64,000 nucleotides of DNA from Thermodesulfobacteriota bacterium (lineage in GTDB: Bacteria; Desulfobacterota; BSN033; UBA1163). The stretch is taken from NCBI GenBank assembly GCA_041947025.1, contig JBHGBJ010000006.1, forward strand, positions 5,995 to 69,994, read 5' to 3'. The translations under genes were made by a program, and so were the position numbers. Of this stretch, positions 28,703 to 40,082 are shown piece by piece; position 1 is the first letter of the stretch; each line of letters begins with the position of its first letter. The notes under the pieces are model-generated. The model searched no databases. It was not told the origin of the DNA and saw only the letters and a list, made by a program, of their open reading frames with translations.

Positions 28703-29719
28703 TTACTGTGCTGCCGCACCCCGGGCACGCTGTACTCGCGCCGAGGTAAGCGGATGTGTGGAGACGTAGGCATAGGCCCCCATCTCCTTTTCATCTCTCT
28801 TTGCAAGCCTTTCCATGATCGAGGCAAAGGCATTCGGGGAGTAGCCTTTCTTCTTGAGGAGTCCGAAGGCATATTCATCGGCTGCGGTTTCGAACTCACG
28901 AGAATACTTGGTCTGGGCCAATAACACCGGAACGCTGGCAACAGCAACGCTCAGTGATGCAGCATCAGAGGTCACGGCGGCGACCACGGCCCCAACAACT
29001 GAATTCTGTAACACGCTCCTCATCATATGGCGAAGCTCCACATGCCCGATCTCATGGGCCAATATCGCCAGCACTTCTTCTGTGGTCTGTGCAGCTTTCA
29101 CCATATCATCTGTGATGATAATGATGCCGCCAGGAAGAGCAAGGGCGTTCGGGCCGAAAACCGGTCCTGAGCGGAATTCCAGGCGGTAATAATCCCTTAA
29201 TGGCAAATCGCTGCGAAGCCTGTCAAACCCGTCGATTATTGCTTTCTGCGTATCATAATCGAGCCTTGTTCGGCGAAACCATCCTCTTTCATCCAACCAG
29301 GTCAGGGCCTGTCTGCCCAAGGACTGTTCCGTCTCCATCGGGATACGGGCGGCAATCCGTTCTGCTGCGGCCGGCAGACCGAAGAAATAAGCGGCCAACA
29401 GGGTGCAAAAAATGATCACAACACAGACCAGTGCGATACCCCAGCGCTCCTCGAGCCAGGCCACCGGGCCTTCGGAGGGGCTTTCCTGGGGGAGCGAGTC
29501 CAGAAAAGCAGAGTCCGGGCACGCAAATTGTCCGCCATCTGGAAGAGCGATGAAACGGTCGGACGACCCAATTCTCGGAGAAACCTTGAGTCCCAAGGTT
29601 GAATAACGCTTGGAAATAGGACCGGAAGTGAGCATCGCTTCCTCGTCCCCGAGATCCATTCTCGCCGGCAGGTCGATCGGCTGCCGACCGTCGAAGTAAT
29701 GGCCATCAATGGTAATCAT
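28703..29719 (-). CDS. M48-family zinc metallopeptidase (HtpX-like)
   Basis: HEIGHVELRH (HExxH) + downstream Glu (EFETAADEYA); one TM segment; start overlaps upstream DUF898 gene by 4 bp. Confidence 0.75.
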   Translation of the reverse strand: MITIDGHYFDGRQPIDLPARMDLGDEEAMLTSGPISKRYSTLGLKVSPRIGSSDRFIALPDGGQFACPDSAFLDSLPQESPSEGPVAWLEERWGIALVCVVIIFCTLLAAYFFGLPAAAERIAARIPMETEQSLGRQALTWLDERGWFRRTRLDYDTQKAIIDGFDRLRSDLPLRDYYRLEFRSGPVFGPNALALPGGIIIITDDMVKAAQTTEEVLAILAHEIGHVELRHMMRSVLQNSVVGAVVAAVTSDAASLSVAVASVPVLLAQTKYSREFETAADEYAFGLLKKKGYSPNAFASIMERLAKRDEKEMGAYAYVSTHPLTSARVQRARGAAAQ

Positions 29720-30963
29720 AGTGAAAGATCCACGTCAAAAAAGTCTACAGTTTCAGCTCCGATAGCTGTAACCGCACTCCTTTCGCCTCCCTGGAATTCA
29801 CTGAGTTCTCCTTCCTGCAGTCCCCGAAGGTTTTCTGCGCGGTATCTCAGCGTCCGCATAACCGCCCAGGGAATCAACAACCCTAATGAGACGGCGATCC
29901 CGAGGGCATTGGTCACGTAGAGTTTCAGTAAATCTCTGCAGCGCATGGTGGATTCAAAGCGGAGGGGCCCAAGCTGTGTATGATTCCAGACAAGATTACC
30001 GCTCCGCGCCCGGTTATAAGCGAATGCCAGCACATATCCGGCATACATCGGAACAGCCATGAGATGGGTGTAGATCCCCCATTTCTTTGTAGAGCCAAAC
30101 AGGATTCCCGCGAGTATCCCTGAGGGAATCAGTAGTGCAAGCAAGATCAGGCCGGAGACAAAATAGATCCTGAAGAATTGTCCGCCGGTGGCAGAAAAAG
30201 CCCCTTTTTTGCCGCCATAGGATGTATGTTCAACAATAAATTTTTTAAGTCGCTTGATCCACCAGGGATAGGAGAAACCGATCACGGCGAAGGGAATGCC
30301 AAGCATAAAAGGCTTTTCCGGCCAGATGGACATCATTCCAATGACAACGGCAAGAATGATGCCCCAGGCATAAAACACTTTCACGACGTCCAGGTAGCCG
30401 CCATCAAAATGGAACGTCATGTTCCGAAAGGCCGAATAACGGGCGTTGAACGCCGCCGAGCGGACGATCACCCAGGGGGAGACGACTAATCCTGCGGCTA
30501 AAATGTAGGGCAACAAAGAAGTGATCAAATGGCTTGCCGTGTAGTAAGCCAGGAATCCAATCGCTGCGATCACACGGCCCTTGAGGATCGGGATCGGTTG
30601 CCCCAAGAACTGGAAAGGTGTGCCTGCCAAGGTTGTGTGAGAATACAAATAGCGTTTCTTGCGCACCTTGGCCCATGCCGAAAAGATGCCGAAGGTCAGA
30701 AGGGTGAGGCAGAGGTTCACGATCCAAATCCGAAAATACTCCCGTGCTGAACCGTGGAACTCGAGTCTCATGCTAAATGTTTTGTGAGCCTCGTTATCTT
30801 CGCCTTGGGGTTGAAGCTTTTTTTCTGAGATTGCATCAATAATGGCCTTATGCCTTTCAGGATATCTCTCTTTATCAACATTGGCGGCCATCCACTCAAG
30901 GTGAGCTATGGGCAAAGGGCGGAGGGATTTGATGTATTCTTCAATGGTTTCTTCGCTAATCAT
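29716..30963 (-). CDS. DUF898 (YjgN-like) polytopic membrane protein
   Basis: 415 aa, ~8 TM segments with YjgN/DUF898-like pattern; translationally coupled (ATGA overlap) to the M48 peptidase gene. Confidence 0.6.
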   Translation of the reverse strand: MISEETIEEYIKSLRPLPIAHLEWMAANVDKERYPERHKAIIDAISEKKLQPQGEDNEAHKTFSMRLEFHGSAREYFRIWIVNLCLTLLTFGIFSAWAKVRKKRYLYSHTTLAGTPFQFLGQPIPILKGRVIAAIGFLAYYTASHLITSLLPYILAAGLVVSPWVIVRSAAFNARYSAFRNMTFHFDGGYLDVVKVFYAWGIILAVVIGMMSIWPEKPFMLGIPFAVIGFSYPWWIKRLKKFIVEHTSYGGKKGAFSATGGQFFRIYFVSGLILLALLIPSGILAGILFGSTKKWGIYTHLMAVPMYAGYVLAFAYNRARSGNLVWNHTQLGPLRFESTMRCRDLLKLYVTNALGIAVSLGLLIPWAVMRTLRYRAENLRGLQEGELSEFQGGERSAVTAIGAETVDFFDVDLSL

Positions 30964-30966
30964 CGG

Positions 30967-31009
30967 TCCCCGCCTGTCCCACCTGCCTACCGGCAGGCGG
31001 GACAGGGGC
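30967..31009. repeat. REP-like palindromic element
   Basis: ccccgcctgtcccacctgcctaccggcaggcgggacagggg: cctgcc/ggcagg stem around TACC loop with flanking secondary arms. Confidence 0.6.
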
Positions 31010-31045
31010 TAATCGAAAAAGGATTCAGAGGTTTTTCAATGTTCT

Positions 31046-32026
31046 TCACTGACTCTTGAAGAGGTTCCTGAATTGATCAAGGAGGACATACTGTTTTTGA
31101 GTCTCGCCCAAATATTTCTTGCCATCAAGAGGGGTGATGTCGATCTTCCTGTTCTTGGCCCACTCCAGAAATGCAGGGCTTCTGGCCGTCTTTAGCATCG
31201 CATCCTCCAGAATTTTGACCCGGTCGGGTGGAGTGTTAGGAGGTGCAACGAATCCCCTGACCGCAGCCATAACCGTCATGTTGTGGCCCAACTTACTGGG
31301 GAAAGGTACATCGGGAAAGACCGAATCCGGTGCATCCGAATAGACCAGAAGAGGACGAATTTTTCCCGCAGCCACCAGCGGCTGGGCGCTGTTGGTTGAG
31401 ATGATGGCAAAATCGATATGTTTTCCTGCAAGGCTGGAGAGAACCTCCCCTGAACCATCAAACGGAACCCAATTGGCCTTCATCCCCAATTTATCAACAG
31501 TGGCCAGGCCGCAGATATGGGAGGTGCTTCCTGGGGAGGGGACACCTCCGGACAGGGTCTTTTCCCTGGCAACCTTGAGGAATTCATCAAAGGTCTTCCA
31601 GTTGTCCGGATGGACCAAGAGAACCATATTGGTGATACAAAGGCCAAAGACATGGGTGAAGCCACTCGTTTTAAATTCAGTCTTAAAAAGGTACTCGTTC
31701 ATGATCGACTGGGGAATGCCATGATATAACAACGTATAGCCGTTCGGATCGGCTTTCCAAACCTTGGTCAATCCCATCTTCCCCCCGGCCCCCGGGAGGT
31801 TCTCAAGGATGATGTCCACCCCGAGGGTCTTACTGAGGTAGGGTGTAAACCCTCGTGGTTCCATATCGATTGATCCTCCTGCAGATTGTGGAACGATCAC
31901 TCTGACTGCCTTGGCGGGAAATTTTTCGGCAGCTTCCGTGCTTGCCATCCAAATACAAAGACAGAATGCCAGTGCCAGAATGATTGCACAACCTTTCCTC
32001 CCTCGTAACCCTTTTAGATTTTCCAT
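31046..32026 (-). CDS. Bug/TctC-family substrate-binding protein (orphan, no tctAB adjacent)
   Basis: 326 aa, signal peptide, ...VRVIVPQSAGGSIDMEPRGF...PGAGGKMG... TctC pattern. Confidence 0.75.
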   Translation of the reverse strand: MENLKGLRGRKGCAIILALAFCLCIWMASTEAAEKFPAKAVRVIVPQSAGGSIDMEPRGFTPYLSKTLGVDIILENLPGAGGKMGLTKVWKADPNGYTLLYHGIPQSIMNEYLFKTEFKTSGFTHVFGLCITNMVLLVHPDNWKTFDEFLKVAREKTLSGGVPSPGSTSHICGLATVDKLGMKANWVPFDGSGEVLSSLAGKHIDFAIISTNSAQPLVAAGKIRPLLVYSDAPDSVFPDVPFPSKLGHNMTVMAAVRGFVAPPNTPPDRVKILEDAMLKTARSPAFLEWAKNRKIDITPLDGKKYLGETQKQYVLLDQFRNLFKSQ

Positions 32027-32117
32027 CTCGTGCCTCCAGTCTGTTGATAGATTTCCTTGTCACCATTTTATATGGCTAACCCTCCCCAAAAGTCAACAGA
32101 ATTTTTGATCGTAGCGG

Positions 32118-32324
32118 TTAGGCACTCTTTTGATACTGGGAAGCGTGCCAATCTACAACCCCCCTGATCATCTTTTGGTAGGACATGCCATGCTTTTGTG
32201 CTTCTTTCTTAAAAAAGCCCACACTCGATTTTTTCAAGGAGATGGTTATCTTGATGTTTTCCCCTTTCAATACCAGTTGATCCGCCGGGGGAAGAAAATC
32301 TTCGATAACTCTCAATTCCCCCAT
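32118..32324 (-). CDS. BrnA-like (CopG/RHH type II antitoxin) protein, orphan
   Basis: 68 aa; ...KITISLKKSSVGFFKKEAQKHGMSYQKMIRGVVDWHASQYQ matches the BrnA pattern (ISIRL..S...LK..A...G.pYQ.lI...L); no DUF497/BrnT ORF upstream (only 33 bp to ligA stop). Confidence 0.5.
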   Translation of the reverse strand: MGELRVIEDFLPPADQLVLKGENIKITISLKKSSVGFFKKEAQKHGMSYQKMIRGVVDWHASQYQKSA

Positions 32325-32357
32325 CGGTTGGTCAGCATATTCTTGGAAGATCCAAAT

Positions 32358-34442
<2,085 letters not shown>

Positions 34443-34462
34443 TTATCCGGCTACTTCACATC

Positions 34463-34505
34463 AGGCAGGGAACGCATATATGCCTGCCTACCGGCGGGCA
34501 CGGGT
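34463..34505. repeat. REP-like palindromic element
   Basis: caggcagggaacgcatatatgcctgcctaccggcgggcacggg; also shares GGAACGCATA word with 36200-36227 palindrome. Confidence 0.55.
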
Positions 34506-34673
34506 TTCCCTACCGACCATTTGATCTCATTTTAGACATAGGAGAAGCTTTTGTCAAACAATGCAACCCGTATGGGAATGGGCACTAAATATGGTGTAAA
34601 TAAAGTCCAATCGGGGCAGATATTGGGCCACGGGGATGAAATCAAAAAAATTGAAATAAGTATAAAATTTTAC

Positions 34674-34702
34674 TTGACAAAATAAGGTTTTCGGTATAAA
34701 TA
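34674..34702 (+). promoter_or_regulatory. sigma70-type promoter of the dcw cluster (TTGACA-17 nt-TAAATA)
   Basis: ttgacaAAATAAGGTTTTCGGTAtaaata: consensus -35, 17-nt spacer, near-consensus -10, ~65 nt upstream of mraZ ATG. Confidence 0.55.
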
Positions 34703-34711
34703 ATCCGGAAA

Positions 34712-34736
34712 GTGGTAAAAAGTGGGAAAAGGTGGT
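34712..34736 (+). promoter_or_regulatory. putative MraZ operator: three GTGGN direct repeats at 10-bp periodicity
   Basis: aGTGGTaaaaaGTGGGaaaagGTGGTa directly downstream of the -10; E. coli/Bacillus MraZ binds three TGGGN repeats with 5-nt spacers at the mra promoter. Confidence 0.5.
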
Positions 34737-34767
34737 ATGGTTTCTCAAAACGAGGGGGGTTTAAAGG

Positions 34768-35208
34768 ATGTTCAGGGGCCGGTATGAGTATACCATAGAT
34801 TCCAAGGGCCGGATCAGCATTCCTTCAAGGTTCAGAGAAATCCTCAATGAAAGGTATGACAATCGTTTAGTCATCACCAATTTTGACCACTGCTTGGTTG
34901 CCCTCCCATTTGAAGAATGGTCCGCTTTAGAGCAGAAGGCAAGTTCCCTCTCCTTGGTGAAGAAGGAAGCCAGGACCTTTCTGAGGTTTTTTTATTCGAG
35001 CGGCATCGACTGTGTGATCGATAAGCACGGAAGGCTCCTTATCCCCCAGACGTTAAGGGATTATGCCAACCTTCAAAAGGATGTCGTGTTGGTGGGAGAG
35101 GGAAAAAAGATTGAGATCTGGGCCAAAGAGCGCTGGGATGAGGAATTCCGGAGATCCCAGGAGAGTTTTGAGCAGATCAGCGATACTCTGGCCACTCTCG
35201 GGCTTTAA
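34768..35208 (+). CDS. mraZ: transcriptional regulator MraZ
   Basis: 146 aa, MFRGRYEYTIDSKGRISIPSRFR... duplicated MraZ/SpoVT-AbrB fold. Confidence 0.9.
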   Translation: MFRGRYEYTIDSKGRISIPSRFREILNERYDNRLVITNFDHCLVALPFEEWSALEQKASSLSLVKKEARTFLRFFYSSGIDCVIDKHGRLLIPQTLRDYANLQKDVVLVGEGKKIEIWAKERWDEEFRRSQESFEQISDTLATLGL

Positions 35209-35264
35209 TACGACGACGAACGATAAACAATGAACGATGAACATTGGACGATAGACGATGAGCA

Positions 35265-36191
35265 ATGGACGATGGGCTGCGAACGAAGCACATTCCGGTT
35301 TTAGTCGAAGAGGTGATGACCTTCTTAAGATGCGAACCGGGTCGTACCTATGTGGATGCGACATTAGGGGGAGGCGGCCATGCCTTCGAGATTTTGAGAC
35401 GGACCGCTCCCAGTGGAATTCTGATCGGATTGGATTGGGACGAAGAGGCCATCTCCGAGGCGAGAAAGGCATTAGCGCCCTTTGGTGAGCGGGCTAAAAT
35501 ATTCCGCGAAAATTTTGTTCTTCTCCCTGAATTACTGAGGGAGATAAAGAGAGAGCCGGTCGATGGAATACTGCTCGATTTAGGGCTCTCTTCCTTTCAG
35601 TTGGAAAGGGAGGAGAGGGGATTCAGCTTTCAACGAGAGGGCCCATTGGATATGAGGATGGATCAGCGGCTGGATCAAACAGCGAGCTACCTTGCCAACC
35701 GCCTTTCTGCGGATGAGTTGAAAGAGATTCTCCAGCGCTACGGGGAAGAGAGATGGGCGAAGCGGATTGCCAAGGCGATCGTTCAGGAGAGAGGGCAGGG
35801 TTCTATCGAGACGACCCAACAATTGAGAAGGATCGTCCGTCAGGCCGTCCCGAGAAGATTTCACCCCCGAAAGATTGATGTGGCGACGAAGACCTTTCAG
35901 GCCTTCCGTATCAGGGTCAATGACGAGTTGGAAAATCTCAGAGGGATACTGGAGACCGGGTGGAAATGCTTAAAAAAGGGGGGAAGGATGTGCATCATCT
36001 CTTTTCACTCCCTTGAGGATCGGATGGTTAAAGAAAACTTCCGGAAACTGGAAGGGCGAGGAGCCGATGGGTCGAGCCCGGAAGCCGTGATGCGCGTCCT
36101 CACGAAAAAGCCCATCGTCTCTTCTGAGGAGGAGCAAAGAAGAAACCCGAGATCCCGGAGCGCCAAATTGAGGTGCGCGGAGAGATTGTGA
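35265..36191 (+). CDS. rsmH: 16S rRNA (cytosine1402-N4)-methyltransferase
   Basis: 308 aa; HIPVLVEEV...YVDATLGGGGHA...LLDLGLSS...RMD... canonical RsmH/MraW blocks. Confidence 0.9.
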   Translation: MDDGLRTKHIPVLVEEVMTFLRCEPGRTYVDATLGGGGHAFEILRRTAPSGILIGLDWDEEAISEARKALAPFGERAKIFRENFVLLPELLREIKREPVDGILLDLGLSSFQLEREERGFSFQREGPLDMRMDQRLDQTASYLANRLSADELKEILQRYGEERWAKRIAKAIVQERGQGSIETTQQLRRIVRQAVPRRFHPRKIDVATKTFQAFRIRVNDELENLRGILETGWKCLKKGGRMCIISFHSLEDRMVKENFRKLEGRGADGSSPEAVMRVLTKKPIVSSEEEQRRNPRSRSAKLRCAERL

Positions 36192-36199
36192 GGAAATCT

Positions 36200-36227
36200 C
36201 GTAGGGAACGCATAGATGCGTTCCCTA
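36200..36227. repeat. perfect 13-bp-stem palindrome (gtagggaacgcat AG atgcgttccctac) between rsmH and ftsL
   Basis: Exact reverse-complement arms separated by 2 nt, 9 nt after rsmH stop; no U-tract. Confidence 0.7.
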
Positions 36228-36246
36228 CTGTTAGAGGGCAAAGACC

Positions 36247-36522
36247 ATGACCAGGAGTGTGAGTCGAATATCCATCTTTATCCTCTTTCTGCTTATTTTA
36301 GTCGGTGGGTCCTTGTTCTATGTTTGGTCGAGAATTCAGGTCATCCAGCTTGGATACGAGATATCGAATGCCCTGAAGGCGGAGCGGGCACTCGTTGAGG
36401 CGAATAAACGCTTGCGAGTGGAGATCGCCACACTCAAATCCTACACCCGGATCGAAAAATTTGCAGTGGAGGAACTGAGAATGGCCAAACCCAAACCTGA
36501 TCAGGTGATCGTGATCCGATGA
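36247..36522 (+). CDS. ftsL: cell division protein FtsL
   Basis: 91 aa, single N-terminal TM (ISIFILFLLILVGGSLFYVW) + coiled-coil; position between rsmH and ftsI; stop overlaps ftsI start (ATGA). Confidence 0.7.
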   Translation: MTRSVSRISIFILFLLILVGGSLFYVWSRIQVIQLGYEISNALKAERALVEANKRLRVEIATLKSYTRIEKFAVEELRMAKPKPDQVIVIR

Positions 36523-38489
36523 AGCGGCAATCTATCAATTGGTTCAAAGTCAGGATCATTTTCATCTCGACTCTCCTCCTCTTTTCCTTCGGATTGATCG
36601 TAGGAAGAATGTTTCAGCTTCAGGTGCTGAAAAAGGAGCAGCTCTATAAACTGGCTGCTCAGCAGCAGTTGGTTCAAATCCCGTTCGTCCCAAAGCGGGG
36701 GATCATTTACGATCGGAATGAGAATGAGCTGGCGGTCAGCATCGAGGTCGATTCCGTTTACGCAGATCCTCTTCGGGTGGTTGACGCGAACAGGACAGCC
36801 CGGGATCTTGCTCCCATCCTCCAGATCGATCGGGGGGAATTGCGACAGAGGTTGAAGAACCGTCGGTCCTTTGAATGGGTTCAAAGAAAGATTTCTTCGA
36901 ATGAGGCCGAGAAGATCAAGGCCCTTCAGCTTCCGGGGATCCATTTCCTGAAAGAGAACCGAAGGTTCTATCCCAATTCCCAATTGGCTGCCCAAATCAT
37001 TGGCTTCGTTGGCCTCGATTCCAAGGGGCTTGAGGGACTCGAATTCCAATATAATACCCTTCTCAACGGAATAAACCATGTGTGGACAATGGGGAGAGAT
37101 GCCCGGGGTCGGGAGATCCTGATGGGCGATCCTTTGCCCGAGCCGGAGGATCACCACAAGAATCTCTTCTTGACGGTGGACAAAAACATCCAACATGTGG
37201 CTGAGACAGAGCTCAGCAAAGCCGTTCAAAAATGGGGGGCCAAGGGAGGAATGGTGATCGCCATGGATCCCCGGACCGGAAAGATCCTGGCCATGGCCTC
37301 TTACCCTTTTTTCAATCCAAACCAGTTTATCCAATATCAGCCAAAGTTTTGGAGGAATCGAGCGATCTCCGACGTCTTTGAGCCGGGCTCCCTTTTTAAG
37401 GTCTTTCTTGCAGCGGCCGCTTTGGAGGAAAAATTGGTGCGGCCTTCCGATTCTTTCTTTTGCGAAAACGGAGCCTATACGGTTTATGATCGAACCATCC
37501 ACGATCACTCCAAACATGGCTGGCTTACCTTTCAGCAGATCCTGAAGGTTTCGAGCAATATCGGGGCGTCGAAGGTCGGCGAGAAGATGGGGAAAGAGCG
37601 TTTCTACAAGTATATTTGTGGATTCGGATTTGGAGAAAAAACACGGGTCGACCTTCCGGGAGAAGGCAAAGGGATCGTCCATCACCCGCGATACTGGCCT
37701 CCGGTTGCCCTCGACACAATTTCTTTTGGCCAGGGAATTTCCGTGACGGGAATCCAATTGGCGGTTGCCCTTTCGGCCATTGCCAATGGTGGATTCCTGA
37801 TGAGGCCTTACGTCGTGGAGAAGATTACGAATGAGAAAGGTGAAATCACTCAGGCCTTTCAACCGGAGGTGGTTAGAAGGGTGATCTCAGAGGAAACGGC
37901 CCAGAAGGTAACTGCAATGCTCAAGACAACGACAGAAAAAGGAGGGACCGGAGAACAGGCTGTCCCCGCCGGATTTGAGGTGGCAGGAAAGACAGGGACG
38001 GCCCAGAAGGTGGAACCACTCGGGGGTTACTCCGACCATCGGTTTAACAGCGGGTTCATGGGATTTGCTCCTGCCAATGACCCCAGGCTCGTTCTCCTTG
38101 TTGTGATTGACGAACCGCGAGGCGAGTCGTACGGAGGAACCGTGGCTGCTCCAGTATTCAAGGCCATTATGGAAAAGGTTCTCCCCTATCTCAATGCGAT
38201 TCCTAAAGGGACGCTGATCGTAAAGAAGGAACCCGATTCTGTCCCTCATTCGGAGACCTTGGAAGCTGAAACCTTGAGAGAGGAGATCAGGGTAGGGAAA
38301 GGGCCAGAAAGGATCGTCATGCCAGACCTCACCGGGTTGTCCATGCGTAATGCATTGAATCGCATCGAAGGAAGAGGATTGATTATCAAGGTATCGGGTA
38401 TGGGAAAGGTCGTGGAGCAGGCCCCCAAAGCAGGAACGGTGATTGAAAAGGGGGATATCTGTTATTTGAAGTTTCAGTCACCGTCGTAA
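36519..38489 (+). CDS. ftsI: peptidoglycan D,D-transpeptidase FtsI (PBP3), with C-terminal PASTA domain
   Basis: 656 aa; SxxK (SLFK), SxN, KTG(T) (KTGTAQ) motifs; C-terminal PASTA-like (RIVMPDLTGLSMRNALNRIEGRGL). Confidence 0.9.
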   Translation: MKRQSINWFKVRIIFISTLLLFSFGLIVGRMFQLQVLKKEQLYKLAAQQQLVQIPFVPKRGIIYDRNENELAVSIEVDSVYADPLRVVDANRTARDLAPILQIDRGELRQRLKNRRSFEWVQRKISSNEAEKIKALQLPGIHFLKENRRFYPNSQLAAQIIGFVGLDSKGLEGLEFQYNTLLNGINHVWTMGRDARGREILMGDPLPEPEDHHKNLFLTVDKNIQHVAETELSKAVQKWGAKGGMVIAMDPRTGKILAMASYPFFNPNQFIQYQPKFWRNRAISDVFEPGSLFKVFLAAAALEEKLVRPSDSFFCENGAYTVYDRTIHDHSKHGWLTFQQILKVSSNIGASKVGEKMGKERFYKYICGFGFGEKTRVDLPGEGKGIVHHPRYWPPVALDTISFGQGISVTGIQLAVALSAIANGGFLMRPYVVEKITNEKGEITQAFQPEVVRRVISEETAQKVTAMLKTTTEKGGTGEQAVPAGFEVAGKTGTAQKVEPLGGYSDHRFNSGFMGFAPANDPRLVLLVVIDEPRGESYGGTVAAPVFKAIMEKVLPYLNAIPKGTLIVKKEPDSVPHSETLEAETLREEIRVGKGPERIVMPDLTGLSMRNALNRIEGRGLIIKVSGMGKVVEQAPKAGTVIEKGDICYLKFQSPS

Positions 38490-38540
38490 TCCCCCCTTCT
38501 CTCCCCTGTAGTAAAGGCGAGCTGGGAGGGATTAGCGGCC

Positions 38541-40082
38541 ATGATTGCAGCTATGGAATTAAAGAAATTATTAGAGGGCGTCGAGGTTAAAAAGGTTACG
38601 GGAGACCTCCACAAAGAGATCGAGGGAGTGGCTTACCATTCCAAACGGGTGAAGAAGGGTTTTCTGTTTGTGGCCATTCGGGGGATGGAGATGGATGGCC
38701 ATCGATTTGTCGGAGAGGCGGTCGAAAGAGGTGCGGATGGGGTTCTTTTGGAGGAAGATCGAGAGATTGCCGGGAGAACGGTCATCGTCTCCCCGAACAG
38801 CCGGCAGGCCCTGGCACAGGTTTCATCCAATTTTTACGGGAATCCATCATCCCGGCTGCGACTGATCGGCATCACCGGGACGAATGGGAAGACAACGATC
38901 ACCTATCTCTTGGAATCGATCTTCAAAAAGGCCGGATATTCCGTGGGTGTCATCGGGACCATCAATTACCGATACGGTCAGAAGCTGACCCTTGCATCCA
39001 ACACCACTCCGGAATCGTTGGATCTTCAGAGAATCCTGGGAGAGATGGCGCAGGAAAAGATTTCTCATGTCATCATGGAAGTTTCTTCCCACGGACTGGA
39101 CCTCGACCGGGTTTACGGATGTCAATTTGACGGGGCGATCTTCACGAATCTCACGACCGAACATCTTGATTATCACAAGACGATGGAGCAATACTTCGAG
39201 AGTAAAAAGAGGCTCTTCTCAGAGTCTTTGATGAAGAGCCTCAAGACCAGAAGGTTTGCAGTGACAAACCAGGATGACCCCAGGGGCGAGGAGATCGTTC
39301 AGGGGACCGACCTTCCTGTATTCCGTTACGGATTGAGCCCTTCCTGTGATATCTCTGCGGATCAGGTGAAGTCCACCTTCGACGGCCTTTCGTGCAGGGT
39401 GAAAACCCCGCGGGGCGAATTCTTCTGTCGATCGAAATTGATCGGCGAGCATAATGTTTACAATATCCTGGCCGCTGCCGCCGCAGGAATAGCGATGGAT
39501 ATCCCATTGGAGGCGGTCAGGGATGGGATCGGATCATTGGAAGGCGTGTCGGGAAGATTGGAAAAGATCGAGAACCTGAAAGGGCTTCACGTCATCGTGG
39601 ACTATGCACATACCCACGATGCCTTGGAGCGAGTCCTCGTGGGATTGAGGAATGTCTTGAGAAATTCGAATCAGGGCAACGGGAAGTTGGTCACGGTCTT
39701 CGGTTGCGGGGGGGACCGGGATCGGACGAAGCGGCCTTTGATGGGGAAGGTGGCTGCCAGATATAGTGATCTCAGCATTCTCACATCGGACAATCCAAGA
39801 ACGGAAGACCCTTTGGCGATCATGAATGAAGTGGAAAGGGGATTCAAATCCCTCTCTTTATTTGAGTGGCCCCGGGACGAAATCGCCTCGTGGAGATCCA
39901 AGAAGGGGTATCTGAAGATTCCGGACAGGAGAGAGGCCATCCGGGTTGCGATCGGGCTCGCTCAACCCTCCGACACGGTTCTCATCGCCGGCAAAGGCCA
40001 TGAGGATTATCAGATCATCGGAAAGCAGAAATTTCCTTTGGATGACCATGTCGAGGCTAAGAAGGCCCTGGAGGAAAAGTGA
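38541..40082 (+). CDS. murE: UDP-N-acetylmuramoyl-L-alanyl-D-glutamate--2,6-diaminopimelate ligase
   Basis: 513 aa; GITGTNGKTT P-loop; DNPR motif (SDNPRTEDP) indicating meso-DAP specificity. Confidence 0.9.
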   Translation: MIAAMELKKLLEGVEVKKVTGDLHKEIEGVAYHSKRVKKGFLFVAIRGMEMDGHRFVGEAVERGADGVLLEEDREIAGRTVIVSPNSRQALAQVSSNFYGNPSSRLRLIGITGTNGKTTITYLLESIFKKAGYSVGVIGTINYRYGQKLTLASNTTPESLDLQRILGEMAQEKISHVIMEVSSHGLDLDRVYGCQFDGAIFTNLTTEHLDYHKTMEQYFESKKRLFSESLMKSLKTRRFAVTNQDDPRGEEIVQGTDLPVFRYGLSPSCDISADQVKSTFDGLSCRVKTPRGEFFCRSKLIGEHNVYNILAAAAAGIAMDIPLEAVRDGIGSLEGVSGRLEKIENLKGLHVIVDYAHTHDALERVLVGLRNVLRNSNQGNGKLVTVFGCGGDRDRTKRPLMGKVAARYSDLSILTSDNPRTEDPLAIMNEVERGFKSLSLFEWPRDEIASWRSKKGYLKIPDRREAIRVAIGLAQPSDTVLIAGKGHEDYQIIGKQKFPLDDHVEAKKALEEK

